A stretch of 60,138 bases of DNA from an uncultured Bacillota bacterium (lineage in GTDB: Bacteria > Bacillota > Clostridia > Christensenellales > UBA1242): positions 1 to 60,138 of the forward strand of contig CASFPO010000027.1 of assembly GCA_949296805.1 (NCBI GenBank), written 5' to 3'. Shown here piece by piece: positions 9,201 to 18,739 of this stretch. Both the position numbers and the translations under genes were made by a program. Each line of letters opens with the position of its first letter. Positions within the stretch are counted from its first letter, which is position 1. The notes beneath the pieces were generated by a model. The model was not told the DNA's origin. It ran no database searches and worked only from the letters and a program-made list of their open reading frames with translations.

Positions 9201-11627
9201 ATAGCTTGTATCTATAACAAGCGAGGAGCTTGTCTGTCCGATTAACGCTGTGCCTTCCTCGGCAACCGTATATAAAGTTTCATACCACTGGTAACGCAAG
9301 CCAAAACCTATTACCGAAACTGATAGTGAAAGATTACCACCAAGCGTAACTTCCTGAGAAGAAGGCAAATTTTGCGTTAACGAGAAGGTGTCATCAATTG
9401 GCACAAACTCATTTCCAAAATTGTCGCAATAGTTTTGTGCAGAGCTTCCTGTGTAGCCATAAATTGTTACATCTTGCTTGATAGGAGTATTGTGGTATTC
9501 TTCAAAAGCAGTTCCTATTGCCACCATTTGCACTGCTGAATTTTCAAAGATATCCTCGCCCATACTGACAACATTTGGCAAGTATACGCTAGTTAAATTT
9601 GTGGTGTCTTTAAAGATATGACCATTTGCCTCAATATTGTTTACTTTTTGCCCAAGATGAAGTACATTTGTTAGGTCTATATCGCTAAGTGAGGTGCAAC
9701 CTTCAAAGGCAAAAGACTTTATGCTAGAAGTTTCTGCAAGGTCAATATATGTAAGATTTTTGCAGTTAGAAAAAGCATAATCTCGCACCTCTATACAGGT
9801 ATCTGGCAGAGTTATCCGTTCAAGCTCTGAATCTGAAAAGAGCCGTATATCTAGATACATTACATACATACCATCAACCACTGATGGAATTTCAAGCTCT
9901 TTAAAATGCCCTGTGTATTTGGTAAGAGTTCCGTAATAATTCACAAAAAAGTTATCAATATCGTCATTTGGATTGAACAGGTCAACTGTGTAAAGTTTAG
10001 TACAAGCAACGGTGTTATCATTGACTATCCTAATACCCTTGAAATAATAAATTACCGAATTTGTAACATTTATTGTGCTTGTATAGCGAGTTGAATTTCT
10101 TGTTGGGATGGTTCCATCTGTGGTATAAAAGATTTGCCAATCACCGCCAGACGCCTCTACATTAAGGTTGATGCTATCTTCAAACTCTACATAGTCACTA
10201 ACATCTAAAACTTGACTTCCATCTTTAAAGGTTAAAGTGTCTTGCTGATTATCCACATTAAAGTATTTTAAATCAAGGCTCCCATATCCATAAAATTTAT
10301 CCCAGCCACTTTCTCCAAGGTCAACTGTATTTTCATAGAGCCTTGTCTCAATCTCATCAGCGGTATAAATAGGCTCTGAGCCTTGCCAGTACTGACCGTC
10401 AAGGCAAAGCATAGCCACAGCACCACTAACATGTGGCGCTGCCATTGAGGTACCTGATAGTGCAACTACCAAATCATCGGCTGTATGGTAGGCTGAATAG
10501 ACCAAAGTTCCTGGCGCGGATATATCCACATCACTGCCAAAGTTAGAGTATGAGTGGTCAAATTCATAAGTGCCATCACTATTTTCCTTAAGTGCAGTAA
10601 CGGTTATAGCCTCCTCGCAGTTTGCAGGCATAACATCAGCTGTGTCAAGTTGCTCATTGCCCGCCGAGACCACAGACAGCACGCCATATTCTTTTAACTG
10701 CCTAAAAAGGTTGTTATATATTGTAGTATAACTTGGCAAGCTTGTTGCACCCAAACTTAAATTTACACAGACTATATTATAGCTTTGGCAATAAATTTCC
10801 ATAACTCGCTCAAGAGCCAAAGTTAAATCGCCAAGGCTTGCACTACCCTTATTGTTAAACGCTTTTATAGGTAAAACTTTTACATTGGTTGGAGTAAGGG
10901 TTGTTATAATACCAGAGACGTGACTGCCATGTCTATTATCATCTTCAAAAGCATAGGTATAAGGATTTACTGGTTCAACATAGCTATAGCCTACATACTC
11001 GCCATTACTATCAGTAAGTATTCTATCTTCAAAATACATATGAGTTGGTCTGATACCAGAGTCGATTACAACAACTACAACCTCTTCGTCAGTGCCATAG
11101 GTAGACAGATAATCATTAATCCCGCCTACATTCATAGTTTCTCTGCCCCACGTTACATATTGGTTGTCATACTGATACTCTTCATCTGAATAATCTTCTA
11201 AAGTTATAACACTGTCTACCACTACTATTAAATCTTCATCTTTACTTAGCATTTGATAGGCGTAGGCTGTTTGCTCTTCAGTTTCATAACACAAAAAAGA
11301 GTAATCTTTATAGCCATCTATAACAGTGGTTGCACCATAGCTATTTTTTAACTCTCCCACAACAATCAATCGCTTTAAGCTGTATGTGGACTCTTGCTCA
11401 CTAGCAAGGCTAAAAGAGTTTGCTGAAAACTCCCCGTTATTTGCTTTCTGCTCCTCATCTTTTAAGGCAAGATATGCACTTTCAAAAGCATAAAAATCTT
11501 CTACTGCGTTTTTGCGAGGCTGGTTTTGAAGTTTACTGCCCAAAAAATTTAATCCTAAAGTAAACACTAAAATTACGATTGTCACTAAAAACACAAAAAA
11601 ACTTTTCTTTTGCAATGAAGAATACAT
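6210..11627 (-). CDS. giant membrane-anchored S8 (subtilisin-family) serine protease with LRR, beta-helix-like and InlB-B / Listeria-Bacteroides repeat domains
   Basis: Start moved to ATG 11627 (MYSSLQ), a few nt after AAGGAGA. Catalytic motifs are VVVIDSGI, HGSHVSG and SGTSMAAPHVSG. There is an N-terminal hydrophobic anchor and a C-terminal TM followed by KRKR. GWY...LYAKWE repeats are present and there is no LPXTG. Confidence 0.85.
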   Translation of the reverse strand: MYSSLQKKSFFVFLVTIVILVFTLGLNFLGSKLQNQPRKNAVEDFYAFESAYLALKDEEQKANNGEFSANSFSLASEQESTYSLKRLIVVGELKNSYGATTVIDGYKDYSFLCYETEEQTAYAYQMLSKDEDLIVVVDSVITLEDYSDEEYQYDNQYVTWGRETMNVGGINDYLSTYGTDEEVVVVVIDSGIRPTHMYFEDRILTDSNGEYVGYSYVEPVNPYTYAFEDDNRHGSHVSGIITTLTPTNVKVLPIKAFNNKGSASLGDLTLALERVMEIYCQSYNIVCVNLSLGATSLPSYTTIYNNLFRQLKEYGVLSVVSAGNEQLDTADVMPANCEEAITVTALKENSDGTYEFDHSYSNFGSDVDISAPGTLVYSAYHTADDLVVALSGTSMAAPHVSGAVAMLCLDGQYWQGSEPIYTADEIETRLYENTVDLGESGWDKFYGYGSLDLKYFNVDNQQDTLTFKDGSQVLDVSDYVEFEDSINLNVEASGGDWQIFYTTDGTIPTRNSTRYTSTINVTNSVIYYFKGIRIVNDNTVACTKLYTVDLFNPNDDIDNFFVNYYGTLTKYTGHFKELEIPSVVDGMYVMYLDIRLFSDSELERITLPDTCIEVRDYAFSNCKNLTYIDLAETSSIKSFAFEGCTSLSDIDLTNVLHLGQKVNNIEANGHIFKDTTNLTSVYLPNVVSMGEDIFENSAVQMVAIGTAFEEYHNTPIKQDVTIYGYTGSSAQNYCDNFGNEFVPIDDTFSLTQNLPSSQEVTLGGNLSLSVSVIGFGLRYQWYETLYTVAEEGTALIGQTSSSLVIDTSYTGTKNYYVVITNWAGNVLTSNVCQVTVALEEADIVAQIYSQNSWQYFTSLESAILNSQADDVIVLVAGATISDFITIDNDLTIVASGEQSIIFTEELKNKSLSQGQALISVEDGVSLTLGLNAEIYQGISLGVLTVDGEGLARIDTLFELNNASLTLQSQTLVQLFKADKLVNGVGESNLTVTDSQISNNFAHFTSGEAYLFTAKTMSLSGTTFSNNYAQEGYLFYLANSSLSLSDVSFENNTATYLISSFYDAVVVLDETTFLNNICSALIEFSVADNTTLNDYTNSLQLVESESNSNVNSLGEEALDVLITEKTGTNLVQNNCVIELSGLCGLSNFYINNLTANPYFEIMSNLSDTNLYNINVLNSSAYFINNNPLVVVPSGITADRNNFNNDSYIFRPVYLSEQTNFYLAEDVQYSFNYVISQDNIVTQKYYPGEFITKISDPELEGYDFLGWYQESTFENEYVFSTMPESDVTVYALFEVQTFTITASSSAGGVISPQGNVEVEYNQSQLFNFIANEGYYVTAIFVDGKALPEAELKLALANGYTFNNVKEEHQISVEFAIFTFTITSSVDGVGGRISPSGERQYNYGQSAKYTILANTGYYLASVTVDNSEVDQTQLANIINNGYTFDKITQDHTIVVRFELYVFNIIASSSDNGQISPSGEVEVDYGQSQRFEFLPDNGYHVSSITIDGQELSGNDLSVAIMYGYTFNNVTQNHTISVTFLKSNFTITYVFNYNTDNVIQNYDYQEQINLLSPTRRGYNFDGWYLDENLSQPFEEELMPAENLTLYAKWEIKRYTITSSSLGQGTISPQGEISVAFNSSRTYTFEPYEGYKISCIKVDGENLPQSQLEQALTTGYTFENVDENHTIYVEFAIQTFSINITIEGNGDIISRQSLDNITYGEDRLFNITTDYDKYRIEIYIDDTLISEEERNTFIIEDIKKDLKVQVKFIEKSFFNTSGGLATIIVLASLVAISIIAGFVTKAVKRKRFYSN

Positions 11628-11852
11628 AATATCTCCTTCCCCCAATTAGAGAAACACAACCTGCCCTAAAATACCACATTTTAAATATAGCCAAAGTTAT
11701 ATAAAAATTAATAAAGCTGGTTATAGTATAATAAAAAATACCATTTATATACTCAAATTCATCTCTATTATTATAGAACAATAATGGCTTTATGTCAAAA
11801 ATAATTATGTAATTTTAAAAAATTACACAAAAAATTTTGCAAATAAAAGTTG

Positions 11853-11879
11853 CAACAAAAAAAGCTCTAAAAAAGAGCT
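11853..11879 (-). terminator. intrinsic terminator after the 160-aa membrane protein gene
   Basis: Minus strand reads AGCTCT-TTTTT-AGAGCT followed by TTTTTTTGTTG. Confidence 0.7.
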
Positions 11880-11895
11880 ATTTTTAAACTAAATA

Positions 11896-12378
11896 TTAAG
11901 CGATAGCCAAAATTATAAGTGCAATTAAATAACATACCAAGAAAGTCAAGCCTAAGGTGGCAATAGAAATCAAAACTTTAATCCACCAAGGCTTAAACTT
12001 TTTGATAACAAATAGGTTTACCATACAAAAAATTGCACTGACTAAACCGCCAACTGCTCCACCCACTACTGGCACAAGCAAGCAAAGTTCAACGCTATTG
12101 CCCCATACCATAATGAGAACAAATGGAAGAATTGATAGCAAATATTCATACCATTTTACACTTGGTGTAAGCTCGACAACCTGACCATCAATCGTCATTT
12201 TGCAACCGATTAAAAAGTTGCCAGAGAGGAGAATTGTTTTGTCATCTTCAGTCTTAAAGGTTGTTCGGTCAACCCTTGTTAAAGGTTTGCCATTGATAGA
12301 AAGTTTTTTTCTGCCAGTCCAGACGCTTTCCTCAAAAACTATTTCGCCCAATGTTTCATTTTGAATAATATTTTTCAT
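11896..12378 (-). CDS. membrane protein, unknown function (soluble N-domain plus 3 TM)
   Basis: 160-aa ORF with a hydrophilic N-terminal half and a hydrophobic C-terminal half. No family recognised. Confidence 0.5.
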   Translation of the reverse strand: MKNIIQNETLGEIVFEESVWTGRKKLSINGKPLTRVDRTTFKTEDDKTILLSGNFLIGCKMTIDGQVVELTPSVKWYEYLLSILPFVLIMVWGNSVELCLLVPVVGGAVGGLVSAIFCMVNLFVIKKFKPWWIKVLISIATLGLTFLVCYLIALIILAIA

Positions 12379-12623
12379 ACTGCTCTTCCTTTTGATAAGG
12401 ATAGCAAATATTACGAAATATATTAAGTAAAATTTAAAATTTACAAAAAAATTTTGTATTAGCTATTTGTTGTTAGAGTGATAAGACATTAAAAGTTAAG
12501 CCAAGCGTCAAACTAAAACAAAATGGTAACCCGAGTTTAACATATAAAAAAGCACCTTAGCAGTGCAACGAAAAAAATAACCTTATAATAACAAAGCCTA
12601 GCCTTGTATCATTTAAAAAATTA

Positions 12624-12700
12624 TGGAGCTGATGATGGGATTTGAACCCACGACCTTTCGATTACGAATCGAATGCTCTAGCCAACTGAGCTACATCAGC
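12624..12700 (-). tRNA. tRNA-Thr (anticodon CGU), encoded CCA
   Basis: Cloverleaf folded by hand. Acceptor GCTGATG/CATCAGC, D-arm GCTC/GAGC, anticodon stem TTCGA/TCGAA with loop TTCGTAA, T-arm GTGGG/CCCAT with loop TTCAAAT, then TCCA at the 3' end. Confidence 0.9.
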
Positions 12701-12841
12701 ATAAGGTGTAAATTACACCCTATTTGTTATTACTTTTAAAGTAAAATTTGTTATAAAACAAAGCCTTAGCACAATTGTTTTAAATAGTTAATTTATCAAT
12801 ATATAGTATTATGTCTGGCATAATAGTCGCTATATATAGTA

Positions 12842-13942
12842 TTATAAGACAGAAATTAGCTTAAAGGACACTCTTTCTTGCTCTTCATCTTTATCAAGGA
12901 CCTCCACCTCTACTTGTTGGTCAAGCTTGACTATTTCATAGATCTGTTTGTTGTTAGAGGTCGTGGCGTTTTTAATGTGGAGCAAGCCCGTTGCTCCGTT
13001 TTGTAGCTTTATAATTGCACCAAACTGCAATATTTTTACCACCTGTCCTTTATAGATTGCTCCCACGTGCAACTCTTTTATTGCTAGCAGGCGTGGGCTT
13101 TCTTGCAAAGCCTTTAAGCTTAGGGCTACCTTTTTATTTTCTCTATCAAGCTCAATAACCTTAAAGTTATACTCCTCTCCCTCTTTGACCACCTCGTCTG
13201 GTCTGCCAATTCTGCTATAGGACATATTGGAGATATGAATAAAGCAGTCCACTCCACCCACATCAACAAAAGCACCATATGGCATAAGCTTTTTTACCTT
13301 GCCTCTAACGATTTTATTGATAAATATTGAGTTCCAAAAAAGTGTTTCATTGGTCTCTTTAATCTTTTCTTCTAACAATTTTATGCTAGCTATGATTATC
13401 TTTTTGTCTTTATCGATTTCAGTTACTGTTGCTTCAAACTGTTTACCGATTGTCTTGTAAATATCCCTAGTTTTAGTAGAAATTTCGGCAATTGGAATAA
13501 ATATTTTATACTCTCCAAGTTTTGAGTACAAGCCATCCCTATCTGCCATGGTAACAACAAAGGTAAACTTACCGCCAAGTTTTAGCCTGCTTGCATTTTG
13601 AGTGGCAAGGGCTATGCCATCGGCAAGAGATTTTGAAACAATAATCCCCTCGTTATCTTTTTGTGTTATGATTACTTTAAATCTATCGCCGATCTTTAAT
13701 TGTTCAAAGTTTTCAACTTCTTCTTTTGGAAGAAAAGCATCATTTTTCCCACCGATATTAAAGATACAGCCATCTTCTCGTTTAATCACAACTACGCCGT
13801 CAAAGGTTTGCCCACGCCTGTAGCTTGCAAATGTTTTATCTATAGCTGACATATCAAACTTTTCATCAGTTGGCTTCGCTGTCTTTTCGGCATATTTTTT
13901 CTGTTCTATTTTGCTATCTTCTATATTTTTATTGTCTTCCAT
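12842..13942 (-). CDS. rpsA: ribosomal protein S1-like protein with four S1 RNA-binding domains
   Basis: 366-aa ORF with repeated S1-fold signatures (G.V..I...G.F...G....G..H.S) and a Lys/Glu-rich N-terminus. Confidence 0.75.
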   Translation of the reverse strand: MEDNKNIEDSKIEQKKYAEKTAKPTDEKFDMSAIDKTFASYRRGQTFDGVVVIKREDGCIFNIGGKNDAFLPKEEVENFEQLKIGDRFKVIITQKDNEGIIVSKSLADGIALATQNASRLKLGGKFTFVVTMADRDGLYSKLGEYKIFIPIAEISTKTRDIYKTIGKQFEATVTEIDKDKKIIIASIKLLEEKIKETNETLFWNSIFINKIVRGKVKKLMPYGAFVDVGGVDCFIHISNMSYSRIGRPDEVVKEGEEYNFKVIELDRENKKVALSLKALQESPRLLAIKELHVGAIYKGQVVKILQFGAIIKLQNGATGLLHIKNATTSNNKQIYEIVKLDQQVEVEVLDKDEEQERVSFKLISVL

Positions 13943-13968
13943 AGTTACCTCTAAAAAATTTTATCACA

Positions 13969-14583
13969 CTATTTCTTTTTTGTCAAAGATTTTAGTGACT
14001 GTTGTCTTATTTCTTCCATTTTTGCAAGCACAATTTCCCCTGCTTTGCCAAGTTCTTCGCTATCAAGTCGCCTGCCATAAAACTCTTCCAAAGTAAAAGG
14101 CTTGCCTATAAAGATTTTGTTGCGTCTGAAAAGCTTTGGCTGACGCAAGATAAATATCGGAACAATAGGGACTTTTGCCTTGATGGCAAACATTGTAACC
14201 CCTTGTTTTATCTCGCCAAGCTCCATATTTTCGTTATGGACACGTGTTCCTTCTGGGAAAATAAACAATTTTTTATTGTTCTTTAAAAGTTTTAGGCAGT
14301 TTTTGATTGCTAGAACATCATTTGACTGTCTATCAATCTTAACTGCACCAAGCTTTTTCAAAAAAAAGCCGAACAGTTTATTTTTAAACAGCTCTTTTTT
14401 GGCTAGGTAATACTTTTTCTCCCAAGTTTTGACAGCAAAGATAACAGCGTCAAGGTTTGAGGTATGATTGCTTGACAAGATACAAGCACCTTTAGGAATA
14501 TTTTCTTTACCTATAATTTTGGTGGGAAAGAGCATTCTAATCGGCAAAGCCAACAAAAATTGAAAAAAATGGAACATATGCAC
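13969..14583 (-). CDS. plsC: 1-acyl-sn-glycerol-3-phosphate acyltransferase
   Basis: HxxxxD box (NHTSNLD) and the FPEGTR motif. Confidence 0.8.
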   Translation of the reverse strand: MHMFHFFQFLLALPIRMLFPTKIIGKENIPKGACILSSNHTSNLDAVIFAVKTWEKKYYLAKKELFKNKLFGFFLKKLGAVKIDRQSNDVLAIKNCLKLLKNNKKLFIFPEGTRVHNENMELGEIKQGVTMFAIKAKVPIVPIFILRQPKLFRRNKIFIGKPFTLEEFYGRRLDSEELGKAGEIVLAKMEEIRQQSLKSLTKKK

Positions 14584-14666
14584 CTCTTTTTATATATTAC
14601 TAAGCTTTTATATATTTATTCTTTACGATATTTTAGTGTCCTAGATAAAAATTGAAGCTAGCAACA

Positions 14667-15878
14667 CTAAATTTGACCAATAATATCACTTGCACAAGCG
14701 TAAGCAGTTGAAAAGGCGGTCTGCAAGTTAAAGCCCCCTGTCAGACAGTCTACATCAAGCACCTCGCCTATAAAATACAAGCCTTTAACCTTTTTAGCTT
14801 CCATAGTTTTTGGATTAATTTCATCAAGCTCCACTCCTCCAGCTGTCACAATTCCGCTCTCAATTGGATAGAGTTTATCAAAGCTCAGTTTAAAGCCCTT
14901 TAAATTATTTAAAATAGCCTTTCGCTCAAGTGCGGTTAGAGAATTTAATTTTTTATGTTTATCAATTTGGCAAGTCTGCAAAAAAGGTTCAATCAAGCTT
15001 TTAGGCAAAAGGCTTTTGATAAGAAAAGCAACCTCTTTGTTAAGATTACAACTTATCTCTCTTTTTAGTCGCTCCTCTAATTGCTCTTTTGAAAGTGCGG
15101 GCTTAAAATCTAGCGACAGCTCCACCTTGTCTTTATTTGAAATAAAGCTTGACAGCGACAGCGCTATAGGCCCTGAGATACCATCGTTTGTAAAGAGCAT
15201 CTCTCCAAAAAATGAGTACGATTTGCCCTCAGTCTTAGCAGAAAGCTCGACATTTTTAAGTGACAGACCTTGGAGGTCGCTACAAAATTTATCCTTGAGT
15301 TTGATTGGACATAATGCACTTCTTGGCGGAGCAATGTTGATATTAAAAGTTTTAGCAAAATTATAGCCATCGCCTGTACTTCCTGTAGCTTGATAGCTTT
15401 TTCCGCCCGTTGCTATGATAATTTTGTCAAAAAGGTACTCAGCTTTTTCAGTTTGCAAAACAAACTTGTCTTGCAAGGAATGTAGCGAAATAACTTTTTC
15501 CATCAAATGAATATCACACTTTTTTAGTGCGTGAGTTAGCGTTTTTATCACATCGCTTGACTTATCAGAGACTGGAAAGACACGACTCCCCCGCTCGACC
15601 TTTAGCGGACAGCCATTTTCTTCAAAAAAATCCATTGTAGCTTGGCAGTCAAACCTACAAATCGCCGAGTACATAAACTTTTTACCTCTGACAACATTGT
15701 CAAGATATTGCACAGGCGTGCAGTCATTGGTTAAATTGCATCTGCCTTTGCCAGTTATATAAAGCTTTTTGCCAAGCTTTTCATTTCCGTCAAAGATGGT
15801 GGTATCTATGCCCGCACGTGAGAGAAATACGCCCGCCATAAGCCCACTTGCACCGCCACCTATTATTGCTACTTTCAT
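14667..15878 (-). CDS. NAD(P)/FAD-dependent oxidoreductase, HI0933/YhiN family
   Basis: N-terminal VAIIGGGASGLMAG dinucleotide-binding motif, 403 aa, C-terminal GEVLDVD..TGG motif. Confidence 0.8.
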   Translation of the reverse strand: MKVAIIGGGASGLMAGVFLSRAGIDTTIFDGNEKLGKKLYITGKGRCNLTNDCTPVQYLDNVVRGKKFMYSAICRFDCQATMDFFEENGCPLKVERGSRVFPVSDKSSDVIKTLTHALKKCDIHLMEKVISLHSLQDKFVLQTEKAEYLFDKIIIATGGKSYQATGSTGDGYNFAKTFNINIAPPRSALCPIKLKDKFCSDLQGLSLKNVELSAKTEGKSYSFFGEMLFTNDGISGPIALSLSSFISNKDKVELSLDFKPALSKEQLEERLKREISCNLNKEVAFLIKSLLPKSLIEPFLQTCQIDKHKKLNSLTALERKAILNNLKGFKLSFDKLYPIESGIVTAGGVELDEINPKTMEAKKVKGLYFIGEVLDVDCLTGGFNLQTAFSTAYACASDIIGQI

Positions 15879-16582
15879 TTTATACCTACTAGGTTATTGA
15901 GTTCTTCCTCAGTTAAGTCTTTATAGTCGCCCCGCTTAAGTCCGCCAAGTTTGACTTGACCTATCCTCACTCGCTTAAGCAGTTTGATAGTTTTGCCTAT
16001 CGCTTCAAACATTCGTCTAATTTGTCTATTCTGTCCCTCATCAATTACCACCGAAAGTTTGGTAAATTTGCCATCAAAGGATAAAAACTCTACCCTCGCA
16101 CTTGGCATACGAGTTCCCTCGATGACCACGCCTCTTCTTAAAACTGCAAGCTCGCTTTCTTTAATCTCGCCCTCAATGGTCACTCTGTACTCCTTTTCTA
16201 CCAAAAACTTTGGATGGGCAACACGGTTGGCAAAATCGCCATCATTGGTAAGCAAGATTAACCCCTCGGTATCATAGTCAAGTCTGCCTATAGAAAATAG
16301 TCGCTCGGTTGTGTCAATCAACTGATAAATGGTCTTTCTGCCCTTTTCGTCACTAGCAGTGCAGGCATAACCTTTTGGCTTGTTAAGTTTTATGTACACA
16401 AAAGAAGAAGGAAGTTTTACTACCTTTCCCATAGCTGTTACCTTATCCTTCTTCTCATTGATTTGCATGCCAAGTTCGCTTGCGACTTTTCCGTTAACAA
16501 AAACCTTGCCTTCCTTTATAAGCTCGTCACATTTTCGGCGAGAGGCAATTCCGCTATTACTTAAAAATTTATTAAGTCTCAT
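15875..16582 (-). CDS. rluB: pseudouridine synthase, RsuA/RluB family
   Basis: N-terminal S4 domain (RLNKFLSNSGIASRR) and catalytic GRLDYDTEGL motif. Its stop overlaps the next start by 4 nt. Confidence 0.8.
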   Translation of the reverse strand: MRLNKFLSNSGIASRRKCDELIKEGKVFVNGKVASELGMQINEKKDKVTAMGKVVKLPSSFVYIKLNKPKGYACTASDEKGRKTIYQLIDTTERLFSIGRLDYDTEGLILLTNDGDFANRVAHPKFLVEKEYRVTIEGEIKESELAVLRRGVVIEGTRMPSARVEFLSFDGKFTKLSVVIDEGQNRQIRRMFEAIGKTIKLLKRVRIGQVKLGGLKRGDYKDLTEEELNNLVGIK

Positions 16583-16583
16583 C

Positions 16584-17732
16584 TTACCATTGTTCTATCA
16601 CATCTAAAAATTTTCTAAAGATAGAATTTCTCCTTACATTTTCCATTGTATAAAATTTTTCGCTAAAAAGCAAGTCATTATCAAGAAAAATCTTAACTTC
16701 GCCTACTTCTTGACCGTTTTCTACAGGAGCTGTGATACTATCTTCTATTTTATAGGTGTACTTAATCTTTTTAAGTTCGTTCTTTTTTAGTGGATAGAAA
16801 AAACTTTCCTTAGTGCCTATTTTTACCTCTTCACTTTCGCCCTCTTCTACCTTAAGCTTGTTTTTATAGGCATAGCCACAGGTTAAATCTATAAGTTGAT
16901 ACTCTTTAAAGGCGTTGTCAAGTAGCTGTGCTGACTCTTCAAACATAGGCCCGCAGTTTAGCACCACACATACAACATTCATTCCCTCTCGTTCACAGCT
17001 TGTTACAAGGCATCTGCCTGCATCATCAGTAAAGCCAGTCTTTACGCCGTTGCACCCTTCAAGACTTGACAAGAGTTTATTTTTGTTTTTTAAATATCTG
17101 GTTTTGCCCTCGGAGTTAGTTATCTTTGTGTTTTTGCAAGAGACGATTTCTTTAAATATCTTATTGTTCATAGCATAGCTGGTAATCAAAGCAAGGTCAT
17201 AGGCTGTTGTATAGTGCGTTTTGGAATCTAGCCCGTGAGTGTTGTCAAAATGAGAGTTAGTTGCACCTATTTCTCTAGCTTTAGCGTTCATCTTTTCAAC
17301 AAATTTATTGACGTTCCCGCTCACATACTCGCCTATTGCTACCGAGGCGTCATTGCCAGAGACTAACATAAGTCCATACAATAAATTCCTTAATGTCATC
17401 ACTTCGCCCTGTCTTAAATATAGGCTAGTTCCACTTATACCTACGGCTTTTTTGGAGATTTCAAAAGGACTGTCAAGGTCTTTTCCGCTCTCAATCGCCG
17501 TAATTGCTGTTATAATTTTGGTAGTGGATGCCATAGCAAGTTTAGTGTTTTCATTCTTGCTTGCAAGCACTCGTTTTGAGCCACTTTCCATAACGCACAT
17601 AGCTTTGGCTGAGGTATAACTCTCTGCCAAGGCGTTTGTTTTTGTAGAAAACAAGAGGCTACTTGCAAATACCGACAGCAAAATTGCTAGCACAAGCAAG
17701 AGGCATAAAAGTGAAGAGAATTTATTCTTCAT
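16584..17732 (-). CDS. dacB: D-alanyl-D-alanine carboxypeptidase (S11), sporulation-type
   Basis: SxxK (ASTTK), SGN (VSGND) and KTG (VKTG) motifs. Start taken at MKNKFSS (17732) after GGGAGAAG. It lies next to ytfJ-type genes and rluB, as in Bacillus. Confidence 0.75.
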   Translation of the reverse strand: MKNKFSSLLCLLLVLAILLSVFASSLLFSTKTNALAESYTSAKAMCVMESGSKRVLASKNENTKLAMASTTKIITAITAIESGKDLDSPFEISKKAVGISGTSLYLRQGEVMTLRNLLYGLMLVSGNDASVAIGEYVSGNVNKFVEKMNAKAREIGATNSHFDNTHGLDSKTHYTTAYDLALITSYAMNNKIFKEIVSCKNTKITNSEGKTRYLKNKNKLLSSLEGCNGVKTGFTDDAGRCLVTSCEREGMNVVCVVLNCGPMFEESAQLLDNAFKEYQLIDLTCGYAYKNKLKVEEGESEEVKIGTKESFFYPLKKNELKKIKYTYKIEDSITAPVENGQEVGEVKIFLDNDLLFSEKFYTMENVRRNSIFRKFLDVIEQW

Positions 17733-18126
17733 TTTCTTCTCCCTTGGTCTGCTCTTCATTTAATTTGGATAGTAAGGCATTAAACATATTAAGTACCGTT
17801 TGGTAGAGAGATTTATTTTCTACATTGATAAATTTAACTTCGCCATTACTTACCACCAAAAAGCCAACTGGTGTAACGCTCATTCCTCCGCTTGAGCCTC
17901 CCGCCATAGGAAAATGATTGGCAACCCTCCTTGCTGATAGGTCAGCGTATTCTCCCCCGCCAACAACATAGCCTACTGTAACTTTTGAGATAGGCAAGAT
18001 AACAGTACCGTCGTCAGTTTCTACCTTTTCGCCTATAATTGTGCTTGAGTCAACGATAGTTTTAATCTTTTCCATAGCACTATCAATAAGACCGTTGATA
18101 TTTTCATTACCTGTATAAAATTTCAT
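17722..18126 (-). CDS. ytfJ: GerW/YtfJ-family sporulation protein
   Basis: 134-aa ORF with the ILPISKV..G...GGGEY and GGSGGG..V.PV.F pattern of YtfJ. Confidence 0.8.
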   Translation of the reverse strand: MKFYTGNENINGLIDSAMEKIKTIVDSSTIIGEKVETDDGTVILPISKVTVGYVVGGGEYADLSARRVANHFPMAGGSSGGMSVTPVGFLVVSNGEVKFINVENKSLYQTVLNMFNALLSKLNEEQTKGEENEE

Positions 18127-18184
18127 AACTACTCCTTAAACTTAAAGTTATCTTTTGTAAATTATAAAAAGTTATACAAAAAAA

Positions 18185-18739
18185 TTAACTTTCTGTGTTA
18201 AATTTGCGTTTTGTTAAAACTAGTGAGCGAAAAAAAGAATAGGCTATATCAAATAGCGAGATATACACAACAAGTCTAAAGGCAAACTGACAGATTTCTC
18301 TGTTATAAGAGATGGTATCATTTAGCGACAGTGAAGCGGTCGGTTTTTGGTTCTTTATGCTAGTAAAAAAGGAGGTTATAACAAAGTTGACAAGCCCGCC
18401 CATCATCGCCGAGGCAAAGGCATCGCCAAGTCCCAAGTTATAAAATATTGCAATCGAGCGAAGCCTTGTTTTATCTTTTATCTGCTCTGTAAAAATCTCC
18501 ATAAAAATAATTTCCTTGCTTTTAAAGGAAATTTCTTTTGTTTCAAGTTCGTCATCATTTTGGGTGATAATCTTTTTACCTTTAATCCAAAATTGCTCGT
18601 GAAGAAGTTTTATTTTATATAAAAATACACCTATAACGCCTGAAAAATTTAATACATTAAAGGACAATCTTGCCTCAAGTTTGATAGGCAAAAAGAACAA
18701 TAAAATAACACCAAAGGGCAGAAAAAGATAGAAGTTCAC
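18185..18739 (-). CDS. DUF2953/YtfI-like sporulation membrane protein
   Basis: 184 aa, N-terminal TM, central GLGDAFASAMMGG motif. Sits just upstream of ytfJ as in B. subtilis. Confidence 0.55.
   Translation of the reverse strand: MNFYLFLPFGVILLFFLPIKLEARLSFNVLNFSGVIGVFLYKIKLLHEQFWIKGKKIITQNDDELETKEISFKSKEIIFMEIFTEQIKDKTRLRSIAIFYNLGLGDAFASAMMGGLVNFVITSFFTSIKNQKPTASLSLNDTISYNREICQFAFRLVVYISLFDIAYSFFRSLVLTKRKFNTES

Noticed and set aside
1390-12700. Genomic island next to tRNA-Thr, containing the giant protease and separating cmk from the S1 gene.
   Set aside because: There is no integrase, no direct repeat of the tRNA 3' end and no mobility gene. The cmk-S1 adjacency argument is weak because the gene order here differs from the E. 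coli and Bacillus arrangement. Composition was not computed.
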